Made by a program: the position numbers and the translations under genes. From Myxococcota bacterium (GTDB lineage: Bacteria; Myxococcota_A; UBA796; GCA-2862545), in contig JBCCQY010000021.1 of assembly GCA_039208735.1 (NCBI GenBank), positions 1 through 64,000 on the forward strand: 64,000 nucleotides of DNA, in the 5' to 3' direction. Of the stretch, positions 20,087 through 29,770 are shown piece after piece (position 1 is the first letter of the stretch; each line of letters opens with the position of its first letter). The notes beneath the pieces were generated by a model that ran no database searches, was not told the DNA's origin, and worked only from the letters and a program-made list of their open reading frames with translations.

Positions 20087-22528
20087 TCAGTTGGGCGGGG
20101 TGAAGATGAAGACGTCGCGCACGGTGTCGGAGCGCGTGCCGTTCGCATCCGTGACCGTGACCGTGATCTCCGGCCCGGTGTCAGGGCCATCGAGGGGGGT
20201 CCACTGAACCGAGGGCCCGGTCCCGAGTTCGATGGTTTGACCATTGCGAACCATGGTCCACGTCGCGGTCACGGTGTCCTCGGCACCCGACACAATGGTG
20301 GACTGCAGCGTGACGGGAAACCCGGCATCGACGCGGTAGCCATCGTACGGTGGCCACGAGATTTGCACGAACGGCGGATCGTGGGGCTGCCACGCGACGG
20401 CCCGGAACCAGCGGTGGTTCTCGCCTTCGGCACCCAGGCCGTCCTCGGCGGTAAGCACGACTTGGTACCAACCGGGCTCGTCGAAGGTCCAGGTGCTCGA
20501 GCACCCTTGGAAGTCACGACCCATCGCTCCGTCGATGGCCCATCGCCGTTGATCGCAAGGCACCACGTTGATCAAGCTGTCGGGGTCGATCGCAGAGCCC
20601 GAGAACACCACCGGTACACCAACGGGGACCCGACTGCCGCCACGGAAGCTCGCGCCATTGCGGCGTGAAGGTGTTCGGGGTCGGGTGATTTGGACCTCGG
20701 GTCCTTCGTTCGTAAACTCGATCGAGCGCCATTGGTCGTCGACGAGCCCCTGCTCGTCCTCCACGATGGCTACGATGAGGTGCTGCCCAGGGCGGAACGT
20801 ACGGTACTCGGTGCTCGGTCCCTCCGCGAACCATCCCTCGACGCTCGACCACCACCGAACCGAGCAGCAACCCGGCCCCTGCTGTTCGTCATCGGTCTGC
20901 GCTTCGAGCTGCACCACGGTGTCCCCCACCGCGGACAAGGGCAAAGACGACTGGAAGGTTGTGGGTTCGGTGATGGTGACCGTCGGCGGTGTGTTGATCT
21001 GAACCGTCGGCACTACTGCGGACAGCGTCTTGAGGTGGTCGAAGAACCACTTGTAGGACAGGTAGGCGTACCCGTTGTCACCCCAGCCAGCGCCCCATGA
21101 GTTCTTGATGACGACGATCCCGTTTCCGGGCCAGCTGACCGCCGGTTGAAGCCGCAGGACGTGGACGGCGTGCCCCCCAACTTCAAGCTCGAGGGGGTCA
21201 TCCATGAAAATGCCGCTTTCGTCCATGAAGTCGTCGAAGCCCACCGTGATATCGAGGCCGGCGACCAGCCCGTAGCCTTGCTCGGAGAGGTGAATGGCCT
21301 GATCCGCGACCGGCGCAAACCCGAAGAGTTCGATGGCCGAACCTACGACGACCCCATCTTCGCCGGGGTCGGGAATGAACCACGAAGGGCCGTTCTCGTC
21401 GACAAAGGCGCCGAGTTGGTGTGTGGTGTCGGAACAAGCCGGATTGGTGTAACCGAGGCATGAGCCCCCGTAGGAGCCCAGCACGCCGAATCGGCAGCGC
21501 GACGGGTTGTAGCCCCAAGCGTCTTCAAGGCCCAGGAAGAGGTTTAGGTTGTCGAGATTGCCAAGGAACTCTGCGGTAGGCAAGCCGTCACCGTAGTGTT
21601 CCTTGTACATCCGGAACTTGCCCTCCATGTAGATCTGTTGTTCGGAGAGGTTGGGCTTCAGGCCGGTCGCGAGCGATGTCGCGTACTCCAGTGCGGAGGC
21701 CGTGGCGAAGGCGACACATGAGCCTCGGCGGCCCTGCCATTTGACGGGCGAGACGTGTTCGAAGTTCGTCCACCCTTCCACGAAGCCGCTCTCGGGTATG
21801 GATAGGTTCGGAAAGTCGTTGCCTTCCATCCCGAAGTCCTGGACCGCTCCGTTGCAGATGCAGGTCGGCGGATCCGAAACGACCTCACAGTTCTCGTCGA
21901 AGTCGAAGAACGTGTCGTCGGTCGACCCATCCCGGGGACGGAAGGTTGGCCGGTCCATGAACAACGACCACCAGTCGTCGGCGCAGCGTCCGAGTTCATC
22001 GCGAACCTCCCACAGTCCTTCGGCCTCGAGACCCTCGAGGTCGTCGGCGATGGCCGCGCAGTCAGGCACCGTGGTCGTGCGAAGGAGATCGAGAACCGTG
22101 CGTTGATGATCGGCGTCGCCACGAAGCTCGATCACGCGCGCCGTGGAACGCACGTCGACCTCGGGACCGTGCAGCTCGACCGGGCCGACGCCGGGGGGGC
22201 GAACCACCACGTTGCCCGACGGCGTGCGCTCGAGGTCGGCGGATTCGTCGATTTTGAGTCGCACCGCGTCTTCGAGTTCGGGGTGCAACTCCAGAAACGT
22301 CGCCACCGTCGCTTCAGCCTCCGCGACTGCCTTGGCGCGTCGCGCTTCGACCGCCTCGACTGTGACCTCGTCGTCGATGGGAACGAGCGATCCACGCGAG
22401 AGCAGATCTTTCCGGGTCTCCGCATCGAGGATGGGTACGCCAGCGAGATCGCCGACCTCTGCGGTCAGCAGGGCATCGTCGTTGGACGCGCCACCGCAGG
22501 CCACAAGCCACAGGAGCAACAGGTGCAT
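20087..22528 (-). CDS. C1A papain-like cysteine protease lipoprotein with C-terminal PKD/Ig-like domains
   Basis: GGAGG RBS; LVAC lipobox; QGRRGSCVAFA, GGHAV, KNSWGAGWGDNGY. Confidence 0.9.
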   Translation of the reverse strand: MHLLLLWLVACGGASNDDALLTAEVGDLAGVPILDAETRKDLLSRGSLVPIDDEVTVEAVEARRAKAVAEAEATVATFLELHPELEDAVRLKIDESADLERTPSGNVVVRPPGVGPVELHGPEVDVRSTARVIELRGDADHQRTVLDLLRTTTVPDCAAIADDLEGLEAEGLWEVRDELGRCADDWWSLFMDRPTFRPRDGSTDDTFFDFDENCEVVSDPPTCICNGAVQDFGMEGNDFPNLSIPESGFVEGWTNFEHVSPVKWQGRRGSCVAFATASALEYATSLATGLKPNLSEQQIYMEGKFRMYKEHYGDGLPTAEFLGNLDNLNLFLGLEDAWGYNPSRCRFGVLGSYGGSCLGYTNPACSDTTHQLGAFVDENGPSWFIPDPGEDGVVVGSAIELFGFAPVADQAIHLSEQGYGLVAGLDITVGFDDFMDESGIFMDDPLELEVGGHAVHVLRLQPAVSWPGNGIVVIKNSWGAGWGDNGYAYLSYKWFFDHLKTLSAVVPTVQINTPPTVTITEPTTFQSSLPLSAVGDTVVQLEAQTDDEQQGPGCCSVRWWSSVEGWFAEGPSTEYRTFRPGQHLIVAIVEDEQGLVDDQWRSIEFTNEGPEVQITRPRTPSRRNGASFRGGSRVPVGVPVVFSGSAIDPDSLINVVPCDQRRWAIDGAMGRDFQGCSSTWTFDEPGWYQVVLTAEDGLGAEGENHRWFRAVAWQPHDPPFVQISWPPYDGYRVDAGFPVTLQSTIVSGAEDTVTATWTMVRNGQTIELGTGPSVQWTPLDGPDTGPEITVTVTDANGTRSDTVRDVFIFTPPN

Positions 22529-22814
22529 TCGAACCTCCGGACGTTCTGCGCCTTCAGGGTGCTTCGCCGAGCGGTTTCGAACGCGATCAGTTTGTTTCGA
22601 ATCTGCGAAACAACCCGCGTGCGACCCTGCTGGCGACGGAGTCCGAGAGCCGTCTCACTTGGATGCAGGAATCGCCGGCACGTCACGCATGCGAAATGCT
22701 CGCTTGGCGCCGCGATGCTCGCACGCGCGCGAACCGCGCATCAGAGAGGCGCCCTTACATCGCTCGGCCTCGCACGTCGATTCCGAGCCTTCTACCTACA
22801 GCGGCTCCCAAGGT

Positions 22815-23363
22815 TCAGCTATCGCACTCGCATGGATACTGCGCTGGGGAGCCACAGGGGTTCACCCCCCCGCACTCGACCCACTGCATGATGTAGCAGT
22901 CGAGAGCAAAGTCGCAGGAGCACGTAATGGCATCACAGTGGTACTCGCTGATCCCTGGCGCGACCTCGAAGGTGAAGGTGTTCTGAAGGGTCTGCTTGAT
23001 GGGGGTGACGTCGTAAGGCGTGTCGGGATGCGACACATCTAGGGTCAGAACCACATCGTCCCGTCCCCGAAGAGCGACCTCGACGTCCGTGATTCGGGTG
23101 GAGCCTGCCGCCATCCTGATCACGATGACTTCGCTTTGCGCAGCGCGGAGGCCATCGAGCCTCGCCCAGTCACTCCAAGCCTCGGTGGTCGCGGAGTACA
23201 ACCGGACCAGGATCGGGTCTTCGGTGCCATCCTCCCGACCTTCACCAGCGATGAGGGCGACCTCGTAGCGCTCGGGCTCGGCGCTGCGTGAACCGGCGAA
23301 TGAGGGAAGCGACAGCCCAACGGAGGTGGCGAGCAACAAACAAGAGGTGTTTCGAACCAACAC
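22815..23363 (-). CDS. Small secreted protein with possible PLAT-like domain and Cys-rich tail
   Basis: AGGAG RBS; signal peptide ending SFA; YEVALIAG..DGTEDPILVRLY; 8 Cys in the last ~41 aa. Confidence 0.6.
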   Translation of the reverse strand: MLVRNTSCLLLATSVGLSLPSFAGSRSAEPERYEVALIAGEGREDGTEDPILVRLYSATTEAWSDWARLDGLRAAQSEVIVIRMAAGSTRITDVEVALRGRDDVVLTLDVSHPDTPYDVTPIKQTLQNTFTFEVAPGISEYHCDAITCSCDFALDCYIMQWVECGGVNPCGSPAQYPCECDS

Positions 23364-23425
23364 GAGCAACTCCTAAATCTTGGCGTGTCCCTTCCAGCAA
23401 GACGCGTGCCAGTCTGAGAGGTGCT

Positions 23426-24397
23426 CTACCGCAGGGCGTTCGTCGCCTCGCGAAGCGCGGCCGCGATGCCGGGCTCGCTGTCGGCGTGGCCGGAACCGGC
23501 GACCATGTTTAGATGGCAGGACACGCCCACAGATTCGAGGCCTTTTACCAAGCGCCAGGCCGCTTTGGGAATGCAGACATGGTCGCAACGACCGTGCACG
23601 ATTCGAATGTCGACGCCGTCGAGCTTCTTCAAGTTCTCCGGGGCAATCAGCGACTCGGCCAGGTAGCCGTTCGCGAGCATGTAGACGATCTCGCAGGCCG
23701 CAAACGGCATGAACGCCGATGGGTTCGCGAGTCGCTTCTCCATGTCGTCGACGTCGAGGTGAACCTTGCTGATCGAAAGCTCGTAGCGCACGAACTCCTG
23801 AGCAGCCGGCTCGCGCAGTCCGTCGTCTTCGAGCATCGACAAATACGCCCGGACCGGATCCGACTCGCTCGGTCGATGCGTCTGGGCGAAGTCAAGGTAG
23901 CGCTCCCACTCAGCGGGGTAATGGTCGGCGGTTCTCCCGTTGCGGAACAGCCCGTCGATCTCGTCCTGTTCAAACGTGAAAATGCCGCGCAGCACGAGCG
24001 CGTCCACCCGACCTGGGTGAGCCTGGGCGTAAGCGAGTGCCAAGGTGGAGCCCCAGGATCCGCCAAGCACCAGCGGCCAACGCTCGAGGCCGAGGTGAAC
24101 TCGGATGCGCTCGATGTCGGCAATGAGTTTCGGCGTATTGTTCTCGTGCATCGCGGCGTCGAAGTCGTCGCCCACATTGGGAACCGACTGACCCGCCCCA
24201 CGTTGGTCGAACAGCACGATGCGGTAGTGCGCGGGGTCAAAGAAGCGGCGCACCCGAGGGGAACAGCCACCCCCCGGTCCCCCATGCAAAAACAGGGCTG
24301 GCGCGCCATCGGGGTTGCCGGACTGTTCCACGAACAGGGCGTGACCATCGCCCACATCAAGGTGCTCGGTACGGAAGGGCTCTGGCAGTTCGGTCAT
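23426..24397 (-). CDS. pip: Proline iminopeptidase (alpha/beta hydrolase, S33)
   Basis: EQSGNPDG, HGGPGGG, FDQRGAG, GGSWGSTL, LVLRGIF, HGRCD, GH. Confidence 0.92.
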   Translation of the reverse strand: MTELPEPFRTEHLDVGDGHALFVEQSGNPDGAPALFLHGGPGGGCSPRVRRFFDPAHYRIVLFDQRGAGQSVPNVGDDFDAAMHENNTPKLIADIERIRVHLGLERWPLVLGGSWGSTLALAYAQAHPGRVDALVLRGIFTFEQDEIDGLFRNGRTADHYPAEWERYLDFAQTHRPSESDPVRAYLSMLEDDGLREPAAQEFVRYELSISKVHLDVDDMEKRLANPSAFMPFAACEIVYMLANGYLAESLIAPENLKKLDGVDIRIVHGRCDHVCIPKAAWRLVKGLESVGVSCHLNMVAGSGHADSEPGIAAALREATNALR

Positions 24398-24463
24398 GTT
24401 GGCTCCCCGGGAGTCGTAGCCGCTGGCGCTGCCCATACCGTACCGCCAACCGCCCGAGTCGCT

Positions 24464-25057
24464 TCACCCAAGCGGACGGTCAGCGTGCGTCTTGCGCATG
24501 GTCTTGAGTGCGGGTCCCCACTTCAACAACTCACCGAAGAGCTGATTCAAGCCTTGGACGGACTTCTCGCCAGGTTGGAACGAGCCATCGTCGTCGTCGA
24601 AGTACTGGCCGAAGAGCGGCAGAGGTACCGTTCCCTGCAGCGGCATAATGCCGACGTTGCTTAGCAACTGGCGCAGCTCCTGGGCCGCGCGGAGCCCGCC
24701 GGAGATGCCACCGTAGGACACAACGCCGGCCACCTTATAGTTCCACTCGCGCAGCAGCGTCTGCACGGCGTTCACGAGCGGCGCGGGCACGAAGTAATCG
24801 TACTCGGCCGTGACGAAGACGAACGCATCGGCGGCATTGACGATGGCACTCCACCGCTTGGTGTGCTCGTGTACGTAGGCCTGCTTGGCCGGGTGTTCCG
24901 GCTCGTCGAGAAACGGCAGATTCAGCTCGGCCAAATCCACCCGCTCGACCTCGAAGCCACCGTGGGCCACGGCAAGTTCGGCCACCCACTGGGCGACGGC
25001 AGGGCCCCTCCGCGTGGGACGGGTCGTTCCCATGACGACCGCAAGCTTCAGGGACAT
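24464..25057 (-). CDS. NADPH-dependent FMN reductase
   Basis: GTTRPTRRG, ADAFVFVTAEY, EWNYK, SYGGISGGLRA; AAGGAGG RBS. Confidence 0.92.
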   Translation of the reverse strand: MSLKLAVVMGTTRPTRRGPAVAQWVAELAVAHGGFEVERVDLAELNLPFLDEPEHPAKQAYVHEHTKRWSAIVNAADAFVFVTAEYDYFVPAPLVNAVQTLLREWNYKVAGVVSYGGISGGLRAAQELRQLLSNVGIMPLQGTVPLPLFGQYFDDDDGSFQPGEKSVQGLNQLFGELLKWGPALKTMRKTHADRPLG

Positions 25058-25096
25058 GAACCCTCCTTCTTTGCGTGCTGGCTTATCGACGCGGGT

Positions 25097-25591
25097 TCAA
25101 CTCTTGGCCGCCTGGCGATCGTCGATCACCATGTCGATCACAATGGCCGCGGCAAGGGGGAGCAGCGGATCTTCCCCGTCGGTCACCGTCACGCCGTAGC
25201 TGTCCGTCAGCGTAAGCCACGCTTTGGACACGTGCGCAATCGGCTCCCCGTGTCGCTCGATCTTGTACTCGTGTGCCAACAGGTCTCCGGTCACATCGAG
25301 ATCGTCGCCCGACGTCATGTCGACCACGTACCGGTCGCGGAACACGGTGAACAGCTTCTTGCGCACGGTAGCGACATGGTCGCCGCCGATCGAGATTCGG
25401 TAGGAGGGCACCAGCGAAATCACCACCTGGTCGATGCGGCCGACTCGCTCACCCGCAGCGTTGTCGATGGAGAGGTGGTCGCCGATGCCTACCAGGTTGC
25501 CGTCGATCCGGTAGGCGACCTCACCCCCTTCGGTGCGAATGGTAAAGTCCTGTCCCAAGCTCAACATTTTCTGCTTTACGACGAATCGCAC
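25097..25591 (-). CDS. LURP-one/scramblase-like (Tubby C2) protein
   Basis: VRFVVKQKMLSLGQDF, GDLLAHEY, SKAWLTLTDSY; the start may instead be the ATG at 25618. Confidence 0.82.
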   Translation of the reverse strand: MRFVVKQKMLSLGQDFTIRTEGGEVAYRIDGNLVGIGDHLSIDNAAGERVGRIDQVVISLVPSYRISIGGDHVATVRKKLFTVFRDRYVVDMTSGDDLDVTGDLLAHEYKIERHGEPIAHVSKAWLTLTDSYGVTVTDGEDPLLPLAAAIVIDMVIDDRQAAKS

Positions 25592-25867
25592 GGGCCCCCC
25601 GATCAACGCCCTGCGCATATCGGTGTCCAAGCGATTGGGGTTGTCGTCAATTCCGATGGCAGCCGACGGCTCCGCCGATGACCCCACGCCAGGGATCCTC
25701 TGGGGACCGGTCGCCAACCCCAACAACCTGCTCGCCACCCGCTACTCGTGTGGAAGCTCGAGCCAGTCCGTCGCTCGGATCGACGCGACCACCTCGACGC
25801 CGGGTGGAGGTACGGCATCTCGCGGGGCCGGATCCGCCGATACGTAGGGTGTTCGCTCGGACGGCCC

Positions 25868-25890
25868 TTGTTGCAACTGAGTTGCATCAA
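25868..25890. promoter_or_regulatory. Palindromic operator with perfect 7-1-7 core TGCAACT-G-AGTTGCA
   Basis: TTGTTGCAACTGAGTTGCATCAA in the divergent intergenic region, ~94 bp upstream of the ATG at 25984. Confidence 0.65.
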
Positions 25891-25983
25891 GGAGTGAGCG
25901 ACCATAAAAGTGTCGACGTCGTCGATGCGTTTGCTCTAGGAGTCCCGATGCGGCACCCCCCAGAATTCTCCTCAGAGTCGACC

Positions 25984-27114
25984 ATGACCACGCCAGGCAG
26001 TGCCGACAATCCACACGACGTCGTGGTCGTCGGGGCCGGTGCGGCGGGTATCGGGGTCGCGGTGGCGCTCGTCGACGCGGGGGTCGAGGATGTGGTCTTG
26101 CTCGAGCGATACGTGGTGGGGGCTTCGTTCGCCTTGTGGCCCAAAGAGACCCGTTTCATCACGCCCTCGTTTCCCACCAATTCCACGGGAATGCTCGACC
26201 TCAATTCCATCGCGGTCGGGTTCTCCCCTGCGTTCAGCCTGCGCGTCGAGCATCCCACGGGGCTTCAGTATGCCGTGCATCTGCAGCGCATCGCGAAGTA
26301 CTTCGAGCTGAAGATTCGCGAAGAGGTGGAGGTCGATTCGGTCCAGCGCGACGGGGCCGCGTTCCGGCTCGAGACCTCGCAGGGCGAGATCTGGTCGAAG
26401 CACGTCGTGTGGGCTGTGGGCGAGTACCAATACCCGCGGCGGGATTCGTTCCCGGGTTCGCAGCTGTGTCGGCCCACCGCGCGGATCGAGAGCTATGGGG
26501 CCCTCGAGGGCGACGATTTCGTCGTCATCGGGGGCTACGAAAGCGGGATCGACGCTGCGTACCACCTGGCGCGCCGCGGCAAACGCGTCCGGGTGATCGA
26601 CCGCGGCAGCCCGTGGAGCGACGACAGCTCCGACCCGAGCGTTGCGCTGTCCACGTACTCGTTTGAGCGCATGCGCGATCCGGCGTTCGGCGAGCACGTC
26701 GAGTTGATTCCCGAAAGCAACGTCGCCTCTGTCGACGAGGTGAATGGCGGGTTCAAGGTCGTCATCGACGACGGGCGCGGGTTCCAGACCCCGCAGCCAC
26801 CGCTGTTCGCGGGCGGATTCGCCGGCGGGCACGGGCTGGTCGGCAACCTCTTCGAGCGCCGCGCCGATGGCTATCCGCTGCTCAACCGCCACGACGAATC
26901 CACCCTCGTGCCCGGGATCTTCCTGTGCGGGCCGGCCGTACGACACGGCAACCTCATCTTCTGCTTCATCTATAAGTACCGGCAGCGCTTCGCGGTTGTC
27001 GCAAAGGCGATCGCGACGTCGCTCGGGCTCCCGGCCGAGAAGCTCGAGTCATACCGGGCGTGGGGCATGTACTTGGATGACCTCACGGTCTGCGGCCAGG
27101 ACTGCGTTTGCTGA
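25984..27114 (+). CDS. NAD(P)/FAD-dependent oxidoreductase (Pyr_redox_3-like) with Cys-rich C-terminus
   Basis: VVVGAGAAG, VIGGYESG, FCFIYKYRQRF, terminal CGQDCVC. Confidence 0.88.
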   Translation: MTTPGSADNPHDVVVVGAGAAGIGVAVALVDAGVEDVVLLERYVVGASFALWPKETRFITPSFPTNSTGMLDLNSIAVGFSPAFSLRVEHPTGLQYAVHLQRIAKYFELKIREEVEVDSVQRDGAAFRLETSQGEIWSKHVVWAVGEYQYPRRDSFPGSQLCRPTARIESYGALEGDDFVVIGGYESGIDAAYHLARRGKRVRVIDRGSPWSDDSSDPSVALSTYSFERMRDPAFGEHVELIPESNVASVDEVNGGFKVVIDDGRGFQTPQPPLFAGGFAGGHGLVGNLFERRADGYPLLNRHDESTLVPGIFLCGPAVRHGNLIFCFIYKYRQRFAVVAKAIATSLGLPAEKLESYRAWGMYLDDLTVCGQDCVC

Positions 27115-27392
27115 TGAGCAATGAGGGAACTGCCGCGGCTTCGACCGTCGCCGAGGCTCGGTGGGCGCACGCCCGGCGCGCAGAGTGGCTCGGCCAGATG
27201 GTGGCGAGCGTGCTCTGGGTCACCAGTGTGTTCGTCTACGGCATCGGTTCGACGGGGGACGTGCTGCAACTGGGTGCCGCTGGCTCCTGGTTGATCGCCA
27301 ACCTCGACGCGCTGCGACGGGCCGGCCTTGCGATGACCGTCGCCAAGCGCGGGCCCGACGGGGGCCGTGACGTGCCCCGTGCGGGCGGTTGA
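27114..27392 (+). CDS. Small membrane protein
   Basis: TGATG overlap with the oxidoreductase stop; two hydrophobic segments. Confidence 0.65.
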   Translation: MSNEGTAAASTVAEARWAHARRAEWLGQMVASVLWVTSVFVYGIGSTGDVLQLGAAGSWLIANLDALRRAGLAMTVAKRGPDGGRDVPRAGG

Positions 27393-27608
27393 CCTCTCCC
27401 CGCCCAGGTGCGGACTGGCTCAGGGCGAGGTCGCTTCGCATTCGCCAGCGGTGAGCACCACGTCTTCGTCGAGTCCGTCGGCGGTGGTCCAGTTGCAGCC
27501 ATCTATCTTTCGGCCCGCGGTGCACTCGCCCTTGGGGTCACGAAGGTTCGAATTGGGGTTCCCCCCTGCGGCGCCCTGGGTGGCGTACGCGTAATGCCGT
27601 GGAAAATG

Positions 27609-28820
27609 CTACACGGATGCGGGTACGAGGGCCGGACCCCACGTCCAGGCAGCCTCCAGCAACCGACCGCGGGAGTCGGGCCACGCCCGCCACACCGCTC
27701 GAGAAGCGTGTGCCAGGTCCGCAGGAAGCAGGCTGGTCTTGGGAAGCGTGGCCAGCGTTTCCGCCAGCAGTTGGGCCGAGCGCTCGGGATCGAACGCCAC
27801 AGCCAGCTGAATCGCTTGGGCCCGTCCTCGAACGTAGGGAGCCCTCGTTCGGTGGGGCCAAAAGGCATCGAACGCCTCTTCGGAGCGGTCGACGAGCAAC
27901 CATGCCAAGCGCGCGTCCGGGCCTTCCACGGGATGCGTGTACTGGTGGGCAACATCCGCCTCGTCGTGCGGCGTGGCCTGTTTGGCCCAAAGGGCGAGTG
28001 CCAGGCTGTTGATCCCCGGCAGGGTCGCGACCAGGACTTTGCGGACCCAGGCCCATGCGTCGGGCGGCCAGGTGGCTACACGCATCAACCCTCGGAGGCC
28101 GGCGCGAAGGTGGAGGGACTCCAAGGGCTGGGACAACCACCACGCTGCCGCACGGTCAGGACGTATCCGCCACCACTCGGAGAAATACCCAAGCTCGGCG
28201 ACCTCGGAGTGCGCCTCCTCGAGCGCGTCCGACGCGAAGATGACCTCCGCTGCGGCGTGCGGATCGAAGTGGCCGCTCCGGCGGCCTGCCTCGCGGGCCG
28301 TCCTTCCCGTAGTGGGCGCTCGACGGACCGCGTGACGGTGCTGAAGCCGGGCAAGCCACCACGGTGCGTCCTCAACCAGCATCGATGGAGGCAGAGTCAG
28401 CGTGATGCGCGCCTCCGCGCGCCGACGGGGTGCCCCGTCGAACCACGCCTCGACCTTCGAGGGGTTCCAGTCCCTGAACCGAGCCCGAAGCTCGTAGGCG
28501 GGGAGGGGGTCCTGTCCTTCCAGTAGCCGCCGTCGGGACCAAGGCCGCTCACAGGTGGCCAACAGAGCGTCCCACCAGTCTGGGTCGTGGCACGGACGGA
28601 TCGGACCTTGGATCCAACGGGCCCAGGCGGCTTCGTCGTCGGGCGACTCCGCTACGGTCTGGCTCAGGTCCCGCGGAGGTGGATCGAGACGCTCGAGCAA
28701 ATGAGCCCAGCCGTTGCGCTTCTCCGTGGCGTCTTCGTCGAGCAGGGTGGCGTCGGCTTCGCGAAGCGCGTCGCGCAGGGCGGCGATATGCGCCGGGCGG
28801 GACGAGGATGTCGGTATCAT
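27609..28820 (-). CDS. Hypothetical Trp/Arg/Ala-rich helical protein
   Basis: 403-aa ORF filling the gap; no recognised motif. Confidence 0.6.
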   Translation of the reverse strand: MIPTSSSRPAHIAALRDALREADATLLDEDATEKRNGWAHLLERLDPPPRDLSQTVAESPDDEAAWARWIQGPIRPCHDPDWWDALLATCERPWSRRRLLEGQDPLPAYELRARFRDWNPSKVEAWFDGAPRRRAEARITLTLPPSMLVEDAPWWLARLQHRHAVRRAPTTGRTAREAGRRSGHFDPHAAAEVIFASDALEEAHSEVAELGYFSEWWRIRPDRAAAWWLSQPLESLHLRAGLRGLMRVATWPPDAWAWVRKVLVATLPGINSLALALWAKQATPHDEADVAHQYTHPVEGPDARLAWLLVDRSEEAFDAFWPHRTRAPYVRGRAQAIQLAVAFDPERSAQLLAETLATLPKTSLLPADLAHASRAVWRAWPDSRGRLLEAAWTWGPALVPASV

Positions 28821-28900
28821 GTGGGAGAGCGTTATCGCCGCGGGTTCGTCGTGCGGCTCGCTCTGTCGCGGCTTTAACGCAGCCTGAACGCCGTCATCAA

Positions 28901-28950
28901 GAATTCATGGGCACACTTCGCAGAGAGTGCCTGAATCACTTCATCTGCAC
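28901..28950 (+). pseudogene. Tiny integrase-core (DDE transposase) remnant
   Basis: Translates EFMGTLRRECLNHFIC, resembling the ERFxGTLRRECLDH motif of rve-type transposases. Confidence 0.55.
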
Positions 28951-29116
28951 GAGGAAAGCCTCGGAGAGAATCCCAACGGGTACGGCTCCACGCAGCTCTG
29001 CGAAGACTACCGACTCCCCCTCTACGAGAAGAACCTGACGCTCGGATGGTAGACAACCATAATAAGGGGCAAGCTCTTAGCGTAAGCTCAACGGAACAAC
29101 CGTATCAGGAGAGGCC

Positions 29117-29761
29117 ATGAACGTGCCGCGAGGGGTCTTGATCGCCGTCTTGGGAGCCGGCTGTGCCGAGCTGCCGGATCTTGTCACACCAGAGGTAGGA
29201 AGCTGCCCCGACACGATCGACAACACCTGGCCGGCCTTTGAGGGGATCGACCGCGAAGACTTCTTTGCGGATGGCGAAAGTGGCTACGAAGAGGGGCAGA
29301 TCCCTCCCGACTTCAACATGGTCGACCAAGACGGCAACGAGGTCTGTCTCTGGCAGATGGTGAATCATTACGTGGTGCTCGACACGAGTGCGTTGTGGTG
29401 TCGCCCCTGCCGGGAAGTGGCCAAGCACGTGCCCTGCGTCTCTGAGGTTTACGGCGACGACGTCATCTACGTGACGTTGATTACGCAGGGCGCAACCCAG
29501 GGGCTCGATTCCAACCTCGAAGATGTCCAACGGTGGACGGAGATGTTTGAACTCGATCAAGGCGGCCAAACCCCGGTGTTGCTCGACAGCGGCGGGGTCT
29601 ACGCGGAAGGGTTCCCCGGTGACGCCCTGCCTTCGTTCCTGCTGTTGGGCCCCGATTTGCGCATCCTCTACGGCGGCGAGACGAAGACCGCAGACCGCGA
29701 GATTCGGAACCGGTTGGACGACATTCTGGGCAAAGACTCGTCGGTTTGCGACGCGGAGTAG
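29117..29761 (+). CDS. TlpA/redoxin-like thioredoxin-fold lipoprotein
   Basis: LGAGC lipobox; PDFNMVDQDG; ALWCRPC; ALPSFLLLGPD. Confidence 0.85.
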   Translation: MNVPRGVLIAVLGAGCAELPDLVTPEVGSCPDTIDNTWPAFEGIDREDFFADGESGYEEGQIPPDFNMVDQDGNEVCLWQMVNHYVVLDTSALWCRPCREVAKHVPCVSEVYGDDVIYVTLITQGATQGLDSNLEDVQRWTEMFELDQGGQTPVLLDSGGVYAEGFPGDALPSFLLLGPDLRILYGGETKTADREIRNRLDDILGKDSSVCDAE

Positions 29762-29770
29762 GCGCCCGGT

